From assembly GCF_000172995.2 (NCBI RefSeq), contig NC_014731.1, positions 60,001 to 92,000 of the forward strand: a stretch of DNA of 32,000 nucleotides, written 5' to 3'. The DNA comes from Halogeometricum borinquense DSM 11551 (GTDB lineage Archaea; Halobacteriota; Halobacteria; Halobacteriales; Haloferacaceae). The notes below the pieces were generated by a model. That model was given only the letters and a program-made list of their open reading frames with translations, ran no database searches and was not told where the DNA came from. Shown piece by piece: positions 22,772 through 30,876 of the stretch (positions within the stretch are counted from its first letter, which is position 1; each line of letters begins with the position of its first letter). A program made the translations under genes and the position numbers.

Positions 22772-23707
22772 ATGATAATGGCCCTCCATCGCCGCCGCCT
22801 CCTCCAATCTGTTGCCGCGGCATCGCTCGGTGCGTTCGCAGGATGTGCAACGCCCGTGTTTTCCGGCAACGAGGAGAAACAGACCACGTACACGCTCAAC
22901 ATCGACGACATCCCCGTATCGCCAGTGGAGCATGCACTCTACGAACCGAGCGACGGTGCGTTGTTCGGTGATCCCGCTCGAACCGCCCTTGACGACATCA
23001 TTCCCGAGGGACGGCACACCACGTACGGTTACCAGCCGTTATCAGAGGATCACTATGTCGAACGCAACGGAACGTACTACCAGACGAAGCACACCGTCAC
23101 CGGTCAGAAGCGTCTGCAACGGACGCTCGTTCGGGGCGAACCACTCCCCGAAGACGAGAAGACACCCGACGACGCGATAGTTGTGGAGTCGCTCGACAAA
23201 CCGACGTCCCGCGTCGTGAAGATACTCCACAGCAACGCACAGACAGGCTCAACTGCCGACCTCCTCCGCGACGATTCGTACGTCCTGCGCCGTCCCGCAG
23301 AACAGGAAAGCGCTCTCGCGGCGGGTGAGTTGGACGGCCGCGTCGTTACGATGAAAAAAGGTGGACCGTGGGTCTATCGGATACAGACCACACAGACGGA
23401 ACTCGTCGAAACGGAACACACCATCTTTGCCGTCGAAGTCGCCACCTCACGCGAGGCGTTGCGCGAAATCGTCTTCAACACGCGAATCGACACCGAACTC
23501 GAACCGGGAGAGCTCTCCGAAGACGAGCAAGAGATACTCGAAGAAGCTATTGGGCTACCGCCGTACGAAGAGACGGCACCACTCTCGGAGTCGTACGAGT
23601 CTCTCCTCAATGCACTCAAACTTGCGGAAGTCGAGCAGTTCGACAGGAAGCACCTCTGGTACGACGGCGGATACTACCGCTATTCACTGAACGTGAGCGA
23701 GAACTGA
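22772..23707 (+). CDS. Hypothetical secreted Tat lipoprotein, function unknown
   Basis: HRRRLLQSVAAASLGAFAGC is a twin-arginine signal plus lipobox. Acidic 311-aa body with no motif I recognise. TTTAAAA (22747..22753) fits a leaderless start at the in-frame ATG 22778 slightly better than 22772. Confidence 0.6.
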   Translation: MIMALHRRRLLQSVAAASLGAFAGCATPVFSGNEEKQTTYTLNIDDIPVSPVEHALYEPSDGALFGDPARTALDDIIPEGRHTTYGYQPLSEDHYVERNGTYYQTKHTVTGQKRLQRTLVRGEPLPEDEKTPDDAIVVESLDKPTSRVVKILHSNAQTGSTADLLRDDSYVLRRPAEQESALAAGELDGRVVTMKKGGPWVYRIQTTQTELVETEHTIFAVEVATSREALREIVFNTRIDTELEPGELSEDEQEILEEAIGLPPYEETAPLSESYESLLNALKLAEVEQFDRKHLWYDGGYYRYSLNVSEN

Positions 23708-23715
23708 CTCGTAAT

Positions 23716-23732
23716 GGTGGTAACAGACCACC
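23716..23732. terminator. Short hairpin between convergent genes (GGTGGT-aacag-ACCACC)
   Basis: Perfect 6-bp stem with a 5-nt loop in the 45-nt gap between the lipoprotein stop (23707) and the GH3 stop (23753). Possible bidirectional terminator, but the stem is weak. Confidence 0.25.
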
Positions 23733-23752
23733 TCGTTCGGGCGGCAGTTCCG

Positions 23753-25972
23753 TCAGTCGCGTCCGGTTCGGACCGTTATCTCGGCGGTTTCGTCCTCACA
23801 GTGGAAAACGAATTCGCCGGGTTCGACCCGTTCGTAGTCCCGACCGTGGACGGCGAGCCGTTCGACCGGAACCGACATCGAGAGCGTCGCTGACTCGCCT
23901 GCCTCCACAGTCGTCTTCTCGAACCCAACGTGTTCACGAACAGGTGTCACCCGAGAACTCACCACGTCCTCGACAAACAAGTCCACCGCTTTCGTACCGT
24001 CTCGGTCACCGGTGTTTTCCACAGTCACCTCAACCGTCACCGTTCCGGCGGGACCGACTGTCGAAGACGACAGTGAGAGGTCAGTCACCTCGAAGTCGGT
24101 GTAACTCAAGCCGTGCCCGAAGGCGTACAGCGGGTCGTACGAGTCGGGGTGTTCGTCCGCTCCAATCGGTGTGGGGTGTCGGAGGTAGTTGTACCGAGTA
24201 GGGAGATGTCCCACCGAACGCGGAACAGAGATTGGCAGGCGTCCGCTGGGATTGTGGCGGCCGAACAGCGTCTCAGCGACGGCAGTTCCGCCATCCATTC
24301 CGGGGTAGTATGCCATGAGAATACCCGGAACGTGCTCGTCGGCCCATGCAATCGACAGGGGACGGCCCGAGACGAGGACAAGAACCGTCGGCGTGCCGGT
24401 GGTCTGCACCGCTTCGAGGAGTTCTCGCTGGGCATCGGGCAGACCCAGTTGCGTCCGCGTGGGGAACTCGCCGGTGGCACGATTCATCTGCTGAGGACCG
24501 AACTCGTGAAGGTACCAATCTTCACCGAGGACGACCACCGCGGCGTCGGCGTCTTCGGCCGCGTCTGTGGCCGCTGCAACGTCTTCTGTCTCGGTGATGC
24601 CCGAACCGGGTTCGTACGTCACAGACTCCTCACCGACGATTGCTTCGATTCCCTCGCGGACGGTCACACCAGTGAGGTCTGCGTCGTCCATGACGCTCCA
24701 GCCGCCGAACTGGTGGTGTAAATCGTCGGCGTTCGGACCCGTGACCAACACGTCGTCCAGCGACTCCGAGAGCGGGAGAACGCCGTCGTTTTTCAGAAGC
24801 GTCATGGACTCGCGGGCAGCGTCGAGAGACATCTCCCGGTGGCTTTCCCGGGAGACGGCCTCCGTAGCGGACTCGGCGTCCACGTACGGGTCGTCGAACA
24901 GACCGAGACGTGCCTTCAGTTTGAGAACGCGGCGGACGCTCCGGTCGATGCGTTTCTCGGAGAGTTCTTCGGCGCGTACGAGTTCACACACCTCCTCAGC
25001 GTACGACGGGCCACCGACGGAGACGAGGTCGAGTCCGGCGGAGAACGCCTGCCACGCGGCAGTTCGTCGGCTGTCGGCGGTTCGGTGGTATTGATGGAGG
25101 TGTTCGACGCCATCCCAGTCAGACGTGACTACGCCGTCGAACCCGAGTTCGTCGCGGAGAAGGCTCGTGAGAAACCGTTTCGACCCGTGCGCCGGTTCGC
25201 CGTCGATGGAGTTGTAACACGGCATCACCACGTCCACGCCGGCTTCGAGAACTCGCTCGAACGGCGGTAGAAAGTCCCGGCGGAACGTCGATTCGGAGAT
25301 TTCGACCACGGATGCGTCCTCGCCGCGGGTCGGTTGCCCGTACGCGGGGAAGTGTTTGGCCGTCGCCGCAATCGTCGGGTTGTCGGCCGACCCTCGGAGG
25401 CCGCGCGCCTCGGCGGCGGCGAGTTCGCCGCAAAGGTACGGACTCTCGCCGTACGTCTCGAACACGCGACCCCATCGTTGATCGCGGGCCACATCGCAGG
25501 TCGGGCCGTAGTTCACCGTTGCACCCGTCGCGGCCGCTTCGCGTCCTGTCACTTCCCCGCTTCGTTCGACGAGTTCGGGATCACGGACCGCCGCCATCCC
25601 TAAATTGTGCGGAAACACCGTCGTCCCGTTGAGATAGGCGTGACCGTGAACGGCGTCGATTGGGATATGGATCGGAATCCCGTGCTGCGTCTCCTCGATA
25701 GCGACCCGCTGGAGTCGGTTCGCCGTCTCGGCGGCCAGTTTCGGGTCGTCGCGCGTCGAGATGCCGATACCGAACGGAGAGACAGACCCGACATGGTCGT
25801 CTACAATTTCGCTGATGGCATCTTCGAGCGTCTTCTCCGCTCCCATGTGACCGACGTAGGTGCCGACGAGTTGCCCGACCTTCTCTTCGAGCGTCATCGA
25901 TTCGAGGAGGTCGTCAATATCGGCGGCGGATACCGTTGGAAGGGGCCTGTCGGCCTGCGTATCTGAACCCAT
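23753..25972 (-). CDS. Glycoside hydrolase family 3 (BglX-type beta-glucosidase/beta-hexosaminidase-like), cytoplasmic
   Basis: 739 aa. MTLEEKVGQL start region, KHFPAYG, nucleophile context VVTSDWDGV, FGHGLSYTDF before a C-terminal Fn3-like domain. No signal peptide at the N-terminus. Confidence 0.9.
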   Translation of the reverse strand: MGSDTQADRPLPTVSAADIDDLLESMTLEEKVGQLVGTYVGHMGAEKTLEDAISEIVDDHVGSVSPFGIGISTRDDPKLAAETANRLQRVAIEETQHGIPIHIPIDAVHGHAYLNGTTVFPHNLGMAAVRDPELVERSGEVTGREAAATGATVNYGPTCDVARDQRWGRVFETYGESPYLCGELAAAEARGLRGSADNPTIAATAKHFPAYGQPTRGEDASVVEISESTFRRDFLPPFERVLEAGVDVVMPCYNSIDGEPAHGSKRFLTSLLRDELGFDGVVTSDWDGVEHLHQYHRTADSRRTAAWQAFSAGLDLVSVGGPSYAEEVCELVRAEELSEKRIDRSVRRVLKLKARLGLFDDPYVDAESATEAVSRESHREMSLDAARESMTLLKNDGVLPLSESLDDVLVTGPNADDLHHQFGGWSVMDDADLTGVTVREGIEAIVGEESVTYEPGSGITETEDVAAATDAAEDADAAVVVLGEDWYLHEFGPQQMNRATGEFPTRTQLGLPDAQRELLEAVQTTGTPTVLVLVSGRPLSIAWADEHVPGILMAYYPGMDGGTAVAETLFGRHNPSGRLPISVPRSVGHLPTRYNYLRHPTPIGADEHPDSYDPLYAFGHGLSYTDFEVTDLSLSSSTVGPAGTVTVEVTVENTGDRDGTKAVDLFVEDVVSSRVTPVREHVGFEKTTVEAGESATLSMSVPVERLAVHGRDYERVEPGEFVFHCEDETAEITVRTGRD

Positions 25973-26128
25973 TTGACAGTCATTCGCTCAGTACCGAGTA
26001 ATAGCTAGGGGGCAAGTTACCAAGAGACAGAGAATCGCCACAGGCACCACCCAAAGTCCCGGACGGAACGAAGGGACGGTCGATGGAATCCTATGGAGTT
26101 TATCATCCGTGCCCGTCCAGTGTAGCCT

Positions 26129-26872
26129 ATGGTCGACCGATTAGACGAAGTCGACAAACGAATCCTCTACCACCTCGTTCAGGACGCGCGAAACACCTCC
26201 GCGCCGATGGTGGCCGAGGAGGCGCACGTCTCCGCGGGGACGATACGAAACCGTATCAAGCAACTGGAGGCAGACGGGGTCATCCGGGGGTATCACGCCC
26301 ACGTGGACTACGAACGGGCCGAAGGGCGGCTGAGGAACCTCGTCATCGGGACCGCCGAGATAGACGAGCGGGAACGGCTAACAAAGCAAATTGCCGATAT
26401 CCCGGGTGTCGTCAACGTCCGACAGCTCATGTGCGGAACCGGAAACGTTCACGTCACAACCGTCGGAGAAGACGCCCAAGAGCTCGCCCGAGTCACCCGA
26501 GACGTGGCTGAGATGGGTCTGGAAGTCGAGGACGAACACCTCCTGCAACACGAGGAGTTCCGCCCGTACCACGCGTTCGGACCTGAAGGGCGGCGCGACC
26601 GGCAATCCATCGCGGACTTCATGTCGCTGTCCGGCGGTGCAGAAGTTGTCGAAGTGAGCGTCACGCCCGGTGCGGAGGTTGACGGAATGACGCTCAGCGA
26701 GGCGAACGAACAGGGTCTAGTCGAACCCGAAGTTCTCGTCGTCTCCGTCGAACGCGACGAAGAGATTCTCACCCCGCGCGGCGACACCGAAATCCGGGCG
26801 GACGACCTTGTGACGCTATTTGCCCGCGGTGACATTCCGGAGAAAACAATCGCTGCCTTCACGGACGACTGA
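26129..26872 (+). CDS. Lrp/AsnC-type HTH transcription regulator with a C-terminal TrkA-C (RCK_C) domain
   Basis: LDEVDKRILYHLVQDARNTSAPMVAEEAHVSAGTIRNRIKQLEADGVI is an AsnC-type HTH. The C-terminus VVEVSVTPGAEVDGMTLSE...ADDLVTLFARGD is a TrkA-C pattern. TTTATCA (26099..26105) lies 23 nt upstream of the ATG. Confidence 0.85.
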   Translation: MVDRLDEVDKRILYHLVQDARNTSAPMVAEEAHVSAGTIRNRIKQLEADGVIRGYHAHVDYERAEGRLRNLVIGTAEIDERERLTKQIADIPGVVNVRQLMCGTGNVHVTTVGEDAQELARVTRDVAEMGLEVEDEHLLQHEEFRPYHAFGPEGRRDRQSIADFMSLSGGAEVVEVSVTPGAEVDGMTLSEANEQGLVEPEVLVVSVERDEEILTPRGDTEIRADDLVTLFARGDIPEKTIAAFTDD

Positions 26873-26878
26873 GAGACG

Positions 26879-27589
26879 TCAGACCGCAGAGTTGTCCGAT
26901 GAGACTGTCGAGTGGTCCTCGTAGTGTCCGAACACATCCGTTACGTCGGGCGTCGCACCCTTTGCGGAGTAAACTGTCAGAAGGTCACCGGAACGAACTG
27001 CTGTCGAACCGTGCGGCGTAATCGGATTCGATTCGTCGTTTCGTTCGACGGCGACGACGAGAACGTCGTCCGGAAGCAAGCCATCGCCCGCCGCATCATC
27101 GAGGCGCATCCCCACAATCGGCGCGGACTCCGAAACCCGAATCTCGAAGACTTCCGCTGTGTCTCCGACGCGCATGAAATCGACGATTGACGGTCGCTTG
27201 ACCGCACGGTAGAGATACTCTGCGATGAGACTGGCAGGGTTCTCAATGGTGTTGGCACCGATTCGTTCGAACAGGGGGCGATGGTGCGGATTGTGGACCA
27301 CGGAGACGACAGACGGGACCGCAAGTTCCGTCGCAAGGAGACAGACCATGACGTTCGTCGCGTCCTCGTCAGTCGTAGAAATGATAGCGTCAGCCCGGCG
27401 CGCACCCGCTTCGAGGAGCGTCTCTTTGACTGTCGCGTCATCGTTCAGAACCAGACAGTCGTACTCGGCGGCGACGTACTCGGCCTTTTCGTCGTCAGTT
27501 TCGACGACGACAACTTCGTGTCCGGACCGGGTAGCGATGTCAACGAGCGGTATCCCGATGCCACCCGCGCCGACGACGATGAGATACAT
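26879..27589 (-). CDS. trkA: TrkA-type K+ transport NAD-binding protein (TrkA-N + TrkA-C)
   Basis: 236 aa from ATG 27589 (MYLIVVGAGGIGIPL, a Rossmann motif). C-terminal TrkA-C (VFEIRVSESAPIVGMRL...SGDLLTVYS). ATTTAGA (27612..27618, minus strand) lies 22 nt upstream. The 185-codon ORF-track extension overlaps the divergent gene and is rejected. Confidence 0.85.
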   Translation of the reverse strand: MYLIVVGAGGIGIPLVDIATRSGHEVVVVETDDEKAEYVAAEYDCLVLNDDATVKETLLEAGARRADAIISTTDEDATNVMVCLLATELAVPSVVSVVHNPHHRPLFERIGANTIENPASLIAEYLYRAVKRPSIVDFMRVGDTAEVFEIRVSESAPIVGMRLDDAAGDGLLPDDVLVVAVERNDESNPITPHGSTAVRSGDLLTVYSAKGATPDVTDVFGHYEDHSTVSSDNSAV

Positions 27590-27611
27590 GGATTGTGTTT
27601 CTGAATCCGTA

Positions 27612-27618
27612 TCTAAAT
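27612..27618 (-). promoter_or_regulatory. TATA-like box (ATTTAGA) for trkA
   Basis: 22 nt upstream of ATG 27589 on the minus strand, within an AT-rich divergent promoter region. Confidence 0.4.
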
Positions 27619-27684
27619 CGCTTTTTGTTTCTTGTAGAGCAAATATAGTGCAGTATTCTTCGTAATGCTTACTGACTAGGCTGG

Positions 27685-27691
27685 ATTTAAG
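27685..27691 (+). promoter_or_regulatory. TATA-like box (ATTTAAG) for the 140-aa Cys-motif protein gene
   Basis: 24 nt upstream of ATG 27716. Confidence 0.4.
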
Positions 27692-27715
27692 TCCGTAGAA
27701 TATCACCTTAAACAC

Positions 27716-28138
27716 ATGAGCGATGATGCAGTGGCGGGTGATTCTCTCAACCGTTCTCCGGACTTCGCTGCGCGACTCGATGAACTCACGCTCCAAGAAC
27801 TTCGAGAAGTAGTCCGATACGCACAACAACAGATTCGTGAGCGACAGGGAAAGCGCGAGCACCAACAGAGACAGGAGCAACACGAACCGTCGGAACGACA
27901 GGAGTCCGTTTCGGGGCGGATAACCGCCGCACCCGGCGAGGAGATACTTTCGGTGACAGAGCGCTCGGAGTACACCGAAGTCATCAAGCGCGAACCGTGC
28001 GGCGAACACTGCTCGAACTGCCCACACGGACCGTATCTCTACCACGTGGACGAGGAAACGCACCCCGACGGGGAGTCGTCGCTCCACTGGGTCTTTCTCG
28101 GTCACGTGTCCGAATCGTTGCGGACGACAGAGAGGTAG
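27716..28138 (+). CDS. Small hypothetical protein with a Cys/His motif (CGEHCSNCPHGPYLYH)
   Basis: 140 aa. Charged Q/E/R-rich helical middle and the C-terminal motif C-x3-C-x2-C-x-HGPY. ATTTAAG (27685..27691) lies 24 nt upstream of the ATG, which supports it as a real leaderless gene. Confidence 0.55.
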   Translation: MSDDAVAGDSLNRSPDFAARLDELTLQELREVVRYAQQQIRERQGKREHQQRQEQHEPSERQESVSGRITAAPGEEILSVTERSEYTEVIKREPCGEHCSNCPHGPYLYHVDEETHPDGESSLHWVFLGHVSESLRTTER

Positions 28139-28182
28139 CGACACGAATCCGCGGCGGACGTGGATGCAGCCGTCAGTGCGGA

Positions 28183-28192
28183 TCGATATATC
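28183..28192. repeat. 10-bp perfect palindrome CGATATATCG
   Basis: Read directly from the sequence, in the same non-coding stretch. Confidence 0.6.
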
Positions 28193-28253
28193 GCCACAGA
28201 TGACCCAGGCCTGCTACCAACACGCGTATGAGCAGTCCTTACGGTTCCGGAAG

Positions 28254-28270
28254 CGCGTCGAATCGACGCG
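28254..28270. repeat. 17-bp perfect palindrome CGCGTCGA-A-TCGACGCG
   Basis: Read directly from the sequence. It lies in the 412-nt non-coding stretch upstream of the SLC13 permease gene. Confidence 0.7.
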
Positions 28271-28550
28271 ATTCTCGCTACCTTTCAGACACGTGGGGAA
28301 GGACAGATAGCTGCAGTGGGCGATCAGATCGATGCGAACGGGTACGTCATTCAGGTTGGGACAGTCATGATACTCGAATCGAACAACTCGTGATTCAAGG
28401 GGCACAGGCTGTACAGGAGGGGGCCGGGTACGGAACACCACTCACACCCACCCAATAGTTTCCGGTACCCGCGAACACGGACACCTGAAAGAAATGCAGG
28501 TGCCTGTGTGGGAAACAAGATCTTTTCCCTCCGAGGTGCGTCCGTTCGGT

Positions 28551-30422
28551 ATGACATTCTTTTCAGCACCTCTGGTCACTCAGGGCTTGGCTTCCACGCC
28601 CGTAACGGCCGAGATGCTCGTCGTCTTCGCTCTCATTCTCCTCGCTCTCGTGCTCTTTGCGACTGAACGGTTCCCGATTGACGTCACCGCCATCCTAGTG
28701 ATGGTTCTGTTGATGGTACTCGAACCGTGGACGCAGATCTCTCCACGTGAGGGAATCTCGGGATTTGCGAACCCGGCGACAATCACGGTGCTGGCGATGC
28801 TCATTCTGAGTACGGGGGTCAATCGAACCGGCATCGTCCAGTTGATCGGCCGGAAGATGGCTGCGTTCGCCGGGACCGACCGACGTAAGCAACTCGCCGC
28901 GACGGTCGGCGTCACTGGTCCAGTCTCGGGATTCATTAATAACACACCAGTCGTCGCGATTCTGGTTCCCGTAATCGCCGATCTGGCACACGAGGGGAGA
29001 ACGTCGCCGTCGAAGCTCCTGATGCCGCTGTCGTTTGCGTCGATGCTTGGGGGGACACTCACACTCATCGGGACGTCAACGAACATCCTCGCGAGCGATA
29101 TCGCGGCCCAACTCGGTGCGGAGTCACCCGGCCTCGGACTACATGCGTTTGGAATGTTTGAGTTCACCAAGCTCGGTGTCGTCGTCTTCGCCGTCGGTTC
29201 TCTCTACCTCATGACGATCGGCGTTCGACTCCTTCCCAAACGGATTCCGGCTGACGAGGACCTCGTCGAGGAGTACGCGCTCCAGGAGTACCTCGCGGAC
29301 GTCGTCGTCCCGGCGAACTCACAACTGATTGGCCAGACTGTCGGGGAGGCGCTCGGCGACGACAACCTCGATATCGACGTGTTACAGCTAATTCGCTACG
29401 GTGAGCGGTTCGATGAACCGCTCGCTCGAAAAGAAATCCACGAAAACGATACGCTCCGACTCAGGACGAATCGGGAGACACTCGAGTACATCATGGATGC
29501 GGAGGGGCTCACACTATCGGGTGGTCCGCGAACCGAAGACGACCTGCATCCGGAGGAGGAAGAACCGGTGCTCGTCGAAGTCGTCATCCCGTCGGGATCG
29601 TTTCTCGTTGGCGAAACGCTGGCAAGTTCATCGTTTCGACAGCGCTACGACGCGAATGTTCTGGCCTTTCGTACCCGTGGAGACGTGGTCCGGGATCGGT
29701 TCGAGGACATCCGTATTCGCGTCGGTGACACGCTACTCGTGCAGGCACCGCCCGACAGCCTTACGCGACTCGTCGAGAACGAGGATTTCATCGTCGCCCA
29801 CGAGTTCGACGAGGTGACCTACCGGAGCGATAAAATCCCATTCGCGGTCGGTATCATCGCCGGCGTGGTCGCATTGCCGGCGTTGAACATCCTCCCGATT
29901 GTCGTCTCAGCACTTGCTGGCGTCGTAGCAATGATCTTCACCGGCGTCCTCAAGCCAACAGAGCTCTACTCGTCCGTCGAGTGGAACGTGATCTTCCTCC
30001 TCGCAGGCGTCATCCCGCTTGGTATCGCCCTCCAGCAGACGGAAGCTGCGGCGCTGCTCGGCGATGCCGTTGCTGCGACGTCGCTGTTCCTGCCACCGAT
30101 CGGCGTCCTGTGGGTCTTCTACCTCGCGACCGGCCTGTTGACGAGCGTCATCAGCAACAACGCGAGCGTCGTGTTGATGATTCCGGTGGCTGCCAACGCT
30201 GCCCAGTCGATCGGAGCGAACGCGTTCGCGTTCGTTCTGGCGGTCACGTTCGCAGCCTCGACGGCGTTCATGACGCCCGTCGGCTACCAGACGAATCTTT
30301 TCGTCTACGGGCCTGGTGGGTACACGTTTTCTGACTTCATTCGGGTCGGCGCCCCGCTACAGTTCCTCCTCTCGATCGTTACCGTCCTCGGGATTGCGTT
30401 CTTCTGGGGCGTCCGCGCGTGA
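28551..30422 (+). CDS. SLC13/DASS-family anion (di/tricarboxylate or sulfate-type) permease with two internal TrkA-C domains
   Basis: Hydrophobic N- and C-terminal halves (LFATERFPIDVTA..., NNASVVLMIPVA) flank two TrkA-C-like repeats (ADVVVPANSQLIGQTV..., VEVVIPSGSFLVGETL...). Start at ATG 28551; ATG 28614 is possible. Confidence 0.85.
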   Translation: MTFFSAPLVTQGLASTPVTAEMLVVFALILLALVLFATERFPIDVTAILVMVLLMVLEPWTQISPREGISGFANPATITVLAMLILSTGVNRTGIVQLIGRKMAAFAGTDRRKQLAATVGVTGPVSGFINNTPVVAILVPVIADLAHEGRTSPSKLLMPLSFASMLGGTLTLIGTSTNILASDIAAQLGAESPGLGLHAFGMFEFTKLGVVVFAVGSLYLMTIGVRLLPKRIPADEDLVEEYALQEYLADVVVPANSQLIGQTVGEALGDDNLDIDVLQLIRYGERFDEPLARKEIHENDTLRLRTNRETLEYIMDAEGLTLSGGPRTEDDLHPEEEEPVLVEVVIPSGSFLVGETLASSSFRQRYDANVLAFRTRGDVVRDRFEDIRIRVGDTLLVQAPPDSLTRLVENEDFIVAHEFDEVTYRSDKIPFAVGIIAGVVALPALNILPIVVSALAGVVAMIFTGVLKPTELYSSVEWNVIFLLAGVIPLGIALQQTEAAALLGDAVAATSLFLPPIGVLWVFYLATGLLTSVISNNASVVLMIPVAANAAQSIGANAFAFVLAVTFAASTAFMTPVGYQTNLFVYGPGGYTFSDFIRVGAPLQFLLSIVTVLGIAFFWGVRA

Positions 30423-30519
30423 GACGAACATGGTCTGCCCGAGATAGTGCGCCAACGTCACTCCTTCCGACTGGAGACGTCGTACGAACGTTGATTGCTC
30501 CAACCGTTCACATAGGACC

Positions 30520-30876
30520 ATGGCCGAATTTCCCGACGAACGACAGCTCGTACTACGGGCACGCTCTCAGTTGGACCAGTGGACGAAAAGTGTCCGAATG
30601 GAGGCGTACACTGAACTGTTCGAAGGTGACGATCCGATCCTCTCTCCCGAAGAGGTGCAACTGCTCGATGCGCTCGATTCCGAATTAGAGCGAGAAGGCG
30701 GTGATGGTGTCTGGGGGACCGATCAGTACGGAATCCACACGACGGGAACCTCAAGTTCGGATACCTCACTCGGGGTGGTCTGCGTGTACCACCCACAGAT
30801 CACGAAAGACTCCATCCTCCGTGGGGCCGACGATCCGGACGACGAAACTGAAGAGCGACTCAACGCAGCGCTCTAG
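30520..30876 (+). CDS. Hypothetical small acidic protein
   Basis: 118-aa ORF with halophile-like acidic composition (D/E-rich) but only moderate third-position GC. No recognisable motif. Confidence 0.45.
   Translation: MAEFPDERQLVLRARSQLDQWTKSVRMEAYTELFEGDDPILSPEEVQLLDALDSELEREGGDGVWGTDQYGIHTTGTSSSDTSLGVVCVYHPQITKDSILRGADDPDDETEERLNAAL

Noticed and set aside
127-24721. Many long ORFs antisense to or overlapping the called genes. Examples: 127-1050(+), 474-1157(-), 1665-2552(+), 5018-5569(-), 7248-8198(+), 10554-11180(-), 11692-12903(-), 14913-15818(+), 17102-17854(-), 17909-18463(-), 18906-19967(+), 20486-21121(+), 21451-22482(+), 24113-24721(+).
   Set aside because: These are typical shadow ORFs of high-GC DNA. 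Their products are Arg/Pro/Ser/Val-rich and basic with no recognisable motifs. The opposite-strand or other-frame ORF encodes an acidic protein with clear family signatures.
28214-28458. Two overlapping ~75-codon ORFs on opposite strands upstream of the SLC13 gene.
   Set aside because: The minus-strand ORF starts at GTG. Both products are basic and Cys/Arg/Ser-rich. The minus-strand ORF has about 62% third-position GC by hand count, clearly below neighbouring genes. No motifs were seen.
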